DNA from: Entomortierella parvispora E1425
Taxonomy: Eukaryota > Fungi > Mortierellomycota
Reading direction: 5' to 3'
NCBI GenBank assembly: GCA_020891255.1
Contig: BQFW01000010.1
Location: 124,001-188,000, forward strand
DNA: 64,000 bases
Positions within the stretch are counted from its first letter, which is position 1. The number at the start of each line of letters is the position of its first letter. The position numbers were made by a program, and so were the translations under genes. Shown here in pieces: positions 12,032-22,271 of the stretch. The notes under the pieces were generated by a model. It saw only the letters and a list, made by a program, of their open reading frames with translations, searched no databases and was not told where the DNA came from.

Positions 12032-12304
12032 GGCCAATCTGACTGATTATCCTTGATAAATTAATCCAGACTTTCTATTCATAAATCAAGAAGGGATCCT
12101 CGATCGGGGCGTCCTTGGTTCTCCCCCACATCACACCACACGGAGCAGAGGCCGAAGCCCGGCTCCGATCATTGGGATCCTTGCTCTTTCTCCCTTTCTC
12201 TTCCCCACACGCCTTTGCTACTTGCCTACTTCCCTTTCTTCATTGTTCATTGTTCATCTCATCCCTCCCAATCCCATCCTCACTCTACTCCCCTTCTCGC
12301 ATCA

Positions 12305-13447
12305 ATGCATGTCCAAGACAAGGTCGCCATCATCACAGGAGGCTCATCGGGTACAATCCATGTCTCATCGCACCCATGCACCCTCATCAACCATAGAGTC
12401 TCAAGTTCATTCCTCTTCCTCAGCATGAATTCATCCTTGACTCACTCATTCCACTTTGCCTGACTCGTCTCTTGTCCCTTCCTCCCTTTGATTGATAGGC
12501 CTCGGTAAGGCTCTGGCCGAGAGACTCGTCAGCAAAGGGTAACCACGGATAGGGCTCAAAAAGTTTGCAGCACCAGCCATCACCAGAACTCTTGAACTTA
12601 CACTCTTTGTTTGCACTCCCATCCTGTCTTCTTGCCCCTCGAAACTTCAAATAGTGCCAAGGTCATCCTCGGTGATATTGACATGAAGGATGGCGTCCGT
12701 GTCGCCAACGAGCTCAACTATGGGTACAGTCAAAAAAAAAAATTAACCGACCATACCGATGACAGAATCGATCGAGACGACTGATATTCTACCTCTCCTA
12801 TTTTTCCTTTCCTTCTGCTCAAACACAGCAAGGACAAGGAGGTCGCATACTTTTTCCAGTGCGATGTCACGAAATACGACCAGCAGGAAGATCTGTTCAA
12901 GGCCGCGTACAAGCACTTTGGAGGCGTGGACATCATCGTCAACAACGCCGGTATTGCCGAGAACGCACCTCTGTGGGAGGACGAAAAGGGCATCTGGAAG
13001 AAGGTCATCGACATTGATCTCTCGGCCGTGGTCGAGGGCACTCGTCTGGGTATTGAGCATCTCAAGAAGCAAGGACGTAGCGGTGTCATCGTCAACACAG
13101 CCTCCTTGGCCGGTCTTTACCCTCAGTCCCGGACACCCGTCTATTCTGCAGCCAAGTTTGGTGTCGTCGGTTTGACCCGATCATTCAAGGGATTCGGCCA
13201 GGGTATTCGCGTCAACGCCGTTGCTCCTTCGTTTGCAGACACAAAGATCATTGCGCCTATCAAGGATGCGGTCATGAAGATGGCCCCTCTGGTCACCGTC
13301 GAGATGGTCACGGACGCTTTTATGTTGTTGATCGAGGACGACAGCTTTGATGGAGATATCGCCAGAATTACTCCGCAGTACGGTATCTCGGTCATGGGTC
13401 GCCCTGCCCCCGGCAGCGCCAAGGCTGGCAAGAAAGCCAAGCTGTAA
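12305..13447 (+). CDS. Classical short-chain dehydrogenase/reductase (15-hydroxyprostaglandin dehydrogenase-like)
   Basis: Spliced MHVQDKVAIITGGSSG|LGKALAERL, VILGDID, CDVT, DIIVNNAGI, IVNTASLAG, catalytic YSAAK, IRVNAVAPSF. Confidence 0.9.
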
Positions 13448-13879
13448 ATAAGAAAAAATATATACCGCTCAATTTCAACTCTCTTTGATTGTTTTTTTTT
13501 TTTTTTTTTTGTGGAGTGAGACAGTAGGCTCAGTATAACTCATGCCAGCTGAAGTAGGATGGATAGAGGAGAGGCGGTGTCCGTTGGCTTGGAGAGATAA
13601 TGTCTATTCATAATACAAGCGCGTACCGCGTCGTGATGTCAGCGTGTTATTGTCGCGCTGTTGCTGACAATGGGTACATCGACTCGATCATTGTTCTTTC
13701 AGCTCTTCCTTGACAATCTGAGGTGCAACACGCTAGACCACCAAGTTCATGCCAGGAACAGGTCTCGGCGTTATTCTGGCTTCCTTCTTGAACTCGAACC
13801 CTGGTGATACTCCAGATTCACCAACAAGTAATACAGCAGGATTTAGATTTCAACTTTGACCCAATACAATGCTCAGCGC

Positions 13880-14600
13880 CTGTGGCAATAGCGAGTCGAG
13901 TTCAGCGCAACCGCAACTTCACTCTGGATCACGGACAGAGGTTGTGAAACACCTTCGAAAGGTCCTGCCCGAGGCCAAATTGATGAGTGCCGGCTTCAGT
14001 TTGGGCACCAACATCCTGATGAACTATATGGGCGAGGAAAGAGATCAATGCGAGTTCTTGGGTGGTATATCTGTGGGTAACCTTTTTTTTTCCCTTTTTT
14101 TTTTTTCAACGTGGTTCTTTGCTGACAACACAATTCTCTTCATTTTTTCGAAGCAGCTAGAACGGGAATGGCTTTTGACCGTGGATTCCTGGCACGCATT
14201 CTTTATTCACCATTCACCATTGATAGGTCGCAAAATGAAGCGTATCTTCATGAAGCACACCGAGTCGTTTGAGGGCAGCAACGTCGTCAACATCGAGGCC
14301 TTGAAACGCGTACGGACGGTTCGTGATTTTGATGATCAGGTAACGCGCTAGATGTTCAAGAATAGGACTGTGAACGAACACTACAAGATGGTATCCTCTT
14401 CCCTGAGGCTTTTTGATATCAAGCGACCTATCCTCCGTCTCAGTGCATTCGACGACCCTGTTTTGGTGAAGGAATGCCTGCCCATGACGAGATCAAAGGA
14501 AACCCCTATGGATTGTTGGCAAAGACAGAGTATAGAGGTCATCTGGGTTAGTTCGAGGGGTTTGGTCCCAGAAGAGATGGTGTGTGTATACACCACTTGA
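13880..14600 (+). pseudogene. Alpha/beta-hydrolase pseudogene (ABHD1-3/EHT1/YheT-like)
   Basis: EVVKHLRK..GFSLGTNILMNYMGEE (nucleophile elbow), VRDFDDQVTR*MF with an in-frame TAG at 14349-14351, and LSAFDDP. The N-terminus is absent. Confidence 0.75.
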
Positions 14601-15083
14601 CCGAGTACTGCGTGACTTTGTTCGAGGTCGACACGCGTCCTGTTACTGAGACGCCTTCTATGAAGCCCCCCCGTGAAGAAGATAGTAACGACTGCGAGAA
14701 ATGGAGAAATCTATCCTCGAGAGAAGTCTGCCTTTAAATGCAGTAACATCTCGGTCAGAACTGAATCAGGGATGATCACGGAACCTCTCGGGTAAATGAG
14801 CAGATCCGGATTTCAAGTACAGGATCGCACCCATCAACAGGAAGACAGTGGATGCTGAGACGCAAATCTTTTGGGATCACTCCTGGCAAGCTCCTCTCGA
14901 TGATGCACTGGTAAGGGTCTCGAACTGGAATAGAATGACCGTAGTATTGCATAGATTCGTAGAGCAGTATCATTCCTTTTTTTTTTTGCAAGTCCAGTGA
15001 ACGCGCCGCTATAAAGGGTTTTATTTACAAGGGTTTACAAAAGAGTCGGAGGAAAGATGTCATCCACTGACTTAAACGGGATC

Positions 15084-16332
15084 CTAGATGGCAAACTCCT
15101 TGGGTTTCGACTGGATGGTCTTAATTGTTTCCTTCCATAGTCGCTCTCCAAGAGCCTTTCCTTCCTCTCCCTCCACAACAGGGTTCACGGGTGAGACACG
15201 GCAACTTGAGTAGTAAAGTCCATTCTCTGCTCCATTCTCGATACCACATTCGGGCTCAATGGCGGCGTAAACCGAGGTCTTTGCACCCTCCAAGGAGTTC
15301 CTAGCGAGCAAGCCTCTCATGAGACCGATCATGACTGTGAACCCAAGTCGGCCCCAGACCGAGTCGTCGGCTTTAGTGCCCAGCTCTGTCGAGACCAGTC
15401 CAGGGTTGATGGACGAGACCGTAATCTTTTTATCCTCTGGATGAGACGAGTTCTTGAGGTGATCCGCCAGGGTTCGAGTAAAGAAAACATTCATCAGCTT
15501 GGAGGTTGGGTACCGATCCTCAAAAGACTTTTTCTCGTTGGGATCGTTCATGGCTTCGACGATGCTGGGCTTCTCCTGTTCGGGGAACTTTGTCCAGTGA
15601 TGCACTTCGGAGGCGACGTTGACGATACGGGGGTAGGTGTTGGCGTCCTCCAGTGCTGTCTTGCGGATGACGGGTAAGAGAAGGAGCGTCAACAGGACTG
15701 TTCCCAAGTGGTTGGTGGCAAAACTGAACAAAGAAGACGGTCAAGGGTTAGAAAACACGTAGACACATAGACACACTACAAAGGAAGACAAAACTGATCA
15801 CAAACAACGGGCAAGGGGAGTTACATTGTTTCGTGGTTGTCCTCTGTCAATGTAAAGTTATGTGAGGCGATACCGGCATTATTGATCAAGATATGAAGAG
15901 GATATCCACTCTCCTGGTACTTTTTGGCAAAGGCACGGCAGGAAGCAAACGACGCCAGGTTCAACTCTTGCGCCTCAAAGATGACGCCCTCCGAGTTGAT
16001 TGAGGTCGTGGCCTTGACCTTGCGGATGGCTTCCTCCGCTTTGGTGGTGTTTCTGCAAGCAAGGATGATACGGGTAGGGTGCATTCCTGCCAGATGGCAG
16101 ACCGTTCCATAACCGATACCTTTGGGGACAAAGTTGGGTGGAAAAAAAAAAAAAAAAAAAAAAAGATGAGGTCATGCCACGTTTTGTTTGTTATTTGTCA
16201 AAGTTGAGACGCAAAAAGTTCCGTACCGACATTGCTTCCAGTGACGATGATGGTCTTTCCTGTCAAGTCTTGGGGAGGAACATTCTGACTGACAAACTGA
16301 TCTTTGACGAAGTTGGTGAAGGAGTATGGCAT
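15084..16332 (-). CDS. Retinol dehydrogenase/WWOX-like SDR, copy 1 (4 exons)
   Basis: MPYSFTNFVKDQ..DLTGKTIIVTGSNVG|IGYGT..ILACRN..ELNLASFASCR..LINNAGI..FATNHLG..RIVNVASEVH..YPTSK..NPGLVSTE. Confidence 0.9.
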
Positions 16333-16372
16333 CTTTTCGACGTGGTTATTGGTGCGTGGGTTGTTGGTGCGC

Positions 16373-16374
<2 letters not shown>

Positions 16375-16424
<50 letters not shown>

Positions 16425-16430
16425 TAGAGA
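16375..16430. repeat. Compound (GT)n(GA)n microsatellite
   Basis: Read directly, just upstream of the SDR copy 1 start. Confidence 0.9.
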
Positions 16431-16847
16431 GAAAAATAGAAAAGGGGAAGATGGGTGGGAAGGGAGTAGGTGGCGACCCTCATCTTATAACCCGTCTCAT
16501 ACTGGCTCTACCGCTGAATCAGATTTTCTGCAGGTCAGGAGAGACAGGAAACATTAACGACTGGCCGCGATGCAGACATTCGCGATTGCTGCGCGCGCGC
16601 CCCGTTCGCTCGATTTGTCGTTGTTGACGTCTCGCGCCCTTCTGGGTCTCAGATTACGTTGGACGTGAAGACCCGTTTACGGTGGGAAAAAAAAGTCCAT
16701 GGGGAAAAGGTTTTGCCACAGCGTCTATTTCAAGCGATGTCTGTCAACCCATTCCGTTGCACACCGTCAAAGAAACTAAGAAAGATAATTTTCATGGGCT
16801 CGTCCCGTTTTTAATGACAGAATGGTGAGAGCAGCTGGAGACACACT

Positions 16848-18114
16848 CTAGATGTCAAACTCAGTGGGTGTGGTCTGGATCGTCTCAATGGTCTCTTTCC
16901 ATAGCCGCTCTCCAAGGGCCTTGCCCTCCTCACCCTCCACAATAGGGTTCACAGGGGCCACACGACAACTTGAATAGTAAAGCCCGTTCTCTGCTCCGTT
17001 TTCGATACCACATTCAGGTTCGATGGCAGCAAAGACGGTGGTCTTGGCTCCGTCCATAATGTTCCTGGCGAGGAAGCCTCTCATGATGCTCATCATGACC
17101 GTGAACCCAAGTCGACTCCAGATTGAAACCTCTGACTTGGTTCCAAACTCTGACGCGACCAGTCCAGGGTTGATGACGGACACGGTGATCTTTTTGTCCT
17201 GGGGATGAGAAGAGGCCTTGAGGTGGGTAGCCAGGCTTCGGGTAAAGAGGACGTTCATGAGTTTGGAGTCTGGGTATCGCTGCTTGAAAGATTCAACATT
17301 GGTGGGATCATCCAAGGCGCGGACAAAGCTGTCACTGTCCTTGGAGGTGAGTGGTCCCCAGTGATGCATCTCTGAAGCAACAACGATGATACGAGGATAA
17401 GTGCTGGCGTCCTGAGCGGCTGTCTTCCGGACAATGGGTAAAAGTAAAAGCGTCAAGAGGACTGTTCCCAAGTGGTTGGTGGCGAAACTAGAGAGGATGG
17501 GGGATGGGGTCAATGCAATTTTTTTTAGAAGATAACGACAAGGTTCAAAAGGAGAGAAAACACAAGATCAACAACACACAGCAAGAGAGCCAGAGCCAGA
17601 AGGAAAAAAACATTACATCGATTCGTGGTTGTCCTCTGTCAGCGAAAAGGTGGTGCTAGTGATACCGGCATTGTTGATCAGGATGTGGATGGGCAGTCCA
17701 CTCTCCTGGTACTTTTTGGCAAAGGCACGGCAGGAAGCAAACGAGGCCAGGTTCAACTCTTGGGCTTCAAAGATGACGCCTTCCGAGTTGATTGAGGCCG
17801 TGGCCTTGATTTTGCGGATGGCTTCCTCCGCTTTTGAGGTGTTTCTGCAAGCGAGGATGATGCGGGCAGGGTGCATCCCTGCCAAATGGCAGACCGTTCC
17901 ATAACCGATACCTTTGGGTGATTAGAGCAGACATGAGGCGTGTTTAAGATGCATGCACCAGGTGTGTTGCAACTCATAAAAAAACAAAAAAAAGGGGGGG
18001 ATTCTTACCGACGTTGCTTCCAGTGACGACGATGGTTTTTCCAGTCAAGTCCTGGGGAGTGATGTTCAGGCTCATAAACTGGTCCTTGAGAAAGTCTTTG
18101 ACTGTGAAAGGCAT
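16848..18114 (-). CDS. Retinol dehydrogenase/WWOX-like SDR, copy 2 (tandem paralog)
   Basis: Same exon structure as copy 1. MPFTVKDFLKDQ..TGKTIVVTGSNVG|IGYG..NNAGI..FATNHLG..YPDSK..NPGLVASE. Confidence 0.9.
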
Positions 18115-21100
18115 CTTGTTTGCAAGTTATCCGTATGTGAATGAGAGAAAGAGATGTAGAGTTGTGAGAGAAAGAAGAGAAAACAAAATGATGAGATGAA
18201 GAAAGAAATGTGAGGGGACTGGGTCTCTCTTTTTATACATGTTTGGATTGCGTGTTGACCGCGCGTCCGATCACCGAGATTATAATTTTTTTCTGTCCTC
18301 CAAATCTTTCTTGTGGGACGTGCGGTAGCATGCATTGACGTGGTGGAGAGACAATAGACCTCACCATCCTTTGCGAGCGGATACACCCAACCTAGCAGCA
18401 TCGTCACCTTGCGTTCGTTTTGCGCAGCTGAGGCGAGAAGGAGAGAGAGGCAAGAACTAGACGGACCTTTTCAACCACTGCAGGAGATGACTCTGCTGAT
18501 CTCCTTCTGCTCGGGTAATCGGGCTCTCCCATGGGCGCTTAGCAATGGGCAGCGTCCGTTTATGAATACTTCAACTGCTGCTGCTGACAAAGGTTGCGTG
18601 CGCGGGGACAGACCGGTAAGCCACGCGCAGGATGCATCATGCAAGCCACGCGCGTGAGACACGTGACGGATCTTTATTTTCAGCGCGCCTCATGGGCATG
18701 TTCTCATGCACTTACACATTTCGTCCCGCATTGACACGCAGACGCACATGGCCCGGATGTCGCCTATAAAGAGGACCCAGGAAGCATGCGATAGGCGATG
18801 GTTCAATTTCCCTGTCTGAAGCCCGCCATCTCCTCTGCACAATGAAGGCGCCATTTCGAAATGCTGAGGAGAAACTCGAGTCCAAAGCAGTTCTTGGGAG
18901 CCGCAGCCTTCAGTTCCAGTTCGCATGATCCGTGATCACGTATCCCGTCCAACTGTCAAAGAAAAAAAGATGGCAAATGACTCAACGGTGCGTTCTTCAA
19001 GAGAGCGATGGTCATCATCGGTGATATTGATGGAGCCAATGTAACATCAACACAATTTGATGACATTTTCGGATACCTTGGAACCATTGTCTTTTCTGCA
19101 GCCAGGTGTACTTGGCCACTTGACGGCGGACCAAACGACTCAGCTGGCCTTTCCTCATGCCTCAAGTCTAGTCAGTCACCGTTTGCAATCCTCCTCACTT
19201 CAACAGAAAAGTGACTTGTACGTATGGGATCCAAATCCGCAACAACCAGCTCGGTCGTCTACATGGGGCCAAACTCACTGCCCTTGGCTCGCCTTCTGTA
19301 AAGGCGCAAACAAATATGCCGCTACCACTGCCGTTGCAGCTGCTGATTCTCTCAATCGAATTTGAGACTACCTCGACACATGGTTCTCTACACTTCAGGC
19401 ACAACCTATCGATCGGAATCCCTTCAACAAAAAGTTGAAAAAGAGATAGAAAAAAGAGGTATGAGCAATTTCCCTCCGGTCCATCAATGTCAATGCATAT
19501 GGTACACCATACAATGGTGTCTGATAATATATTTTTGGTACTATAGACATTCAACGCTGTCTCTACGATTCTCTGTCGACTGAATATATTTCAGGGGTGG
19601 GATCCCTCTGGGACATCAACCTTGGCATATGCAGGCAGTCCAATCGTTCAAGTACCAACGGTCAAGTATCAGACCGAAGCGCCACTCTGTGGTTTGAACA
19701 CAGCCCTCGTTGGACATCGATGGAAAGATCTTGTTGACCAAAATTCCTACGAGCCAATGGAGCAAAAATTGTTCTTTGCCGACTTTTCGAGGCAGTCCAA
19801 TGAAATTGCCCAATCGTTTGCAGGGGCCATGCTGCAGGCACAGTCAACCGTGATCATGATCATCAAGGCGGAGGCGGGAGAAGTCCCACTGAGGACTCTC
19901 ACGGCATCGATGTCGCCACGCCGACATGGGAGCTGAGGACAATAAGCACTGTTGTCCATGATAACACAAGGAGGGTCATCCTCGATACATTGTCTTGCAA
20001 TGTCCTAGTGACGGCGTCCGTGGACCTCACAACAGGGTTGGTGTCAGTTGGCGCCACAACAACTGCACATGTGTCCTCGAACATGCGCATTTGGGCAAGA
20101 AAGGACAGGGAACTAAATCCTTTGGTGGAACGTCTACTAAGGTCAAAATTTCACGACCTAGGTAGTTGACGTGGTAAATAGTGCCATGCACTTTTCCCTG
20201 ATATTCCACATTGTTTGAGGATGGTATCCTGAGCTATGAGTAACATTTTTTTATTCCTCTTTTTCGATAGAAGCACAGCATCCTCATTGAAGTTGGACAC
20301 AGATAGCAAGCCGCGGAGCGTGCAGAATCAAAAAACGAAGTCACGCCATTTGGGAAAAATGTCATCAAGGACAAATCCTTGACTCCTCTTCGAACGTGAA
20401 CAAATCAAGGATGTTCTGGCGGATGTTGACCGTGGTAATCGTTTTTTTGCATGCGTTGCAACCCGGTTGCATTTGGAGGCTTGCCGTACGCTGCAGGGGC
20501 CCGAAAGGAATCGACCAGGCAGATGTGTCCTTACTCTGGCCTGGTCGTGAGTACGACAGAGTGCCGGCCAAGAAATGCAACCGACCTGGCACCTGACTCA
20601 GTCCCTAGACACTGAGCCAAAAGTCGCGAGTGTACCGGTGCAATCGGAAGCAGGAAAGTTGCGGCCTCAACCCTATTTAGTTTGCCGACTAGAGCTGATG
20701 GTCATCCTCATCCACACAAAGGGGATTCAATGACCGGAGAGAAGCAAAGGCCGATACCGATAGGAAAACGTGGTCACCACTCACGGATAAAGGTGGGCCA
20801 GGAGCAGGTCGCCCCTTTTGTCAAAAGGATCCAGGCCAATGCCCACCTTGCAAGAGCATGTTCGGCGACAGACACAGGGAGCGTATTACTTCCTCAGAGA
20901 CCATGCTTTATCCTCTGTCGCCACTTTGCACCAGGGCATGTCCAACAATGTTGAACGCCAGACACGTTCTCACTTTGGTGACGACATTACCTACAGGAAG
21001 CATGCTTTTGTACGCCCTCTGTTTCTCAAGTTCAACACCATGCCAGTAACGTTGGCGACTCTGTGGGCGTTCAAGAAGACGTTGAGAGGATGGTCGGGTC

Positions 21101-21389
21101 AAAGACTTGCAGCTTTTGTCTTTGTTCAACTGTACATGTACAGTGGCGATGACGGGGTTCTACAGTACTGGAAACGGAAGTGGAGAAGTACCACAATACA
21201 TTAGACGAGATTACTGTCGCTTTTTGCTCTTTGCTGAGCAAAGAACGTGGAACCGAGTCCACTTGTCGAATGTGCATCTGGGAAGAAGCGTGAGAGGGAA
21301 CCAAGAAGAGAGAGCCGGCCGCCCCATGGTCCATGAACAAGAAGAACAGGCTTGCTTGGAAGTCAAAGTAGCCCGAATCAAAGCAAAAA

Positions 21390-21980
21390 AGTAAAAAGAA
21401 AAGAAAAGGAAAAAGAAAAAGATCGACGAAACCGAGAGCAGAGAGAGAGCAGAGAGAGCAGAGAGAGCAGATGGACGGACGTGCCAGGGTGCACGGTCGG
21501 GATGTTTCGTGTGGACAGAAGGGGCATGGCAGTATGGCAGTATGGCAGTGTGGCAGTGTGGCAGTGTGGCAGTAAGCGAGCAGCCGGGTCGGGCAGTAGT
21601 GCCGGGATGGAAGTGGCAGCCAAGGGGGGCCCAGCTCACGGTGTGTATGTGTGTGTGTGTGTGTGTGTGCATGTACGTGTCGTGTCTACGTGTGTCTACG
21701 GGGGTGCCAGTCGCTTTGTCGTCTGTCTGTGTGTCAGTCTGTCTGTCAGGGACTGGGGCAGGACTGGGGCAGGACTGGGGCAGGACTGGGACACTCAATA
21801 GGACTGCGCTGGAGTATGTATGCATGTATCGTTCGTTATCTGGCTGATCAATCAAAGAGGTCGGTTGCTCTCTTGAACGAGGAAGGACAAAGTAGGATAG
21901 ACGACAAGTGCACAATGTCAATGGATGGGATGGGATGGGATGGGATGGGATGCATGGATGGAATGAATGAATGAATGAAT
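21390..21980. repeat. Cluster of short tandem repeats upstream of the MFS gene
   Basis: (AGAGAGAGC) about x4, (TGGCAGTR)x6 at 21527-21574, (GT)n, (GGACTGGGGCA) about x4 at 21749-21790, (GGGAT)x5 at 21927-21949, (GAAT)n. Confidence 0.9.
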
Positions 21981-22271
21981 GAAAGTGCATGCAGGGGATG
22001 CGAGAGAAAGAGAGGAAGGAACAGGGGACATTGGGCCCCATTTATTCATTCATCCGTTCATTCATGGGACCCTCGTCACCGTGGCCCCCTCTTCGCTTTT
22101 TCTCTCTTTCTTTCTTCTTTCTTTCACCCTTCTCCTCCTCTTCATTTCCCTTCTCCTTCCTTCCCTTCCCTTCCCTTCTCTTCTCTCTTCTCTCTTCCCT
22201 TCTCTCCTCTCTTCTCTCTTTCCGTTCCCTCCACCCGCAGTCGTCTAGGATACCCCGCCCTCGCCTCCATA

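Larger units (their letters stand above)
7550..12095. repeat. Tandem segmental duplication, two units of about 2.3 kb (about 7550-9795 and 9795-12095), each kinase fragment + B-type gene + A-type pseudogene
   Basis: Collinear shared non-coding blocks: 7720-8900 with 10437-11580, CCCAAGAAAGCTGTAAG at about 9350 and 11850, and TTAATCC..ATAAATCAA at about 9762-9790 and 12061-12088. Confidence 0.9.

Noticed and set aside
21527-21790. 8-bp and 11-bp repeats as a CRISPR-like array
   Set aside because: The repeats are contiguous with no unique spacers, the context is eukaryotic, and there are no cas genes.
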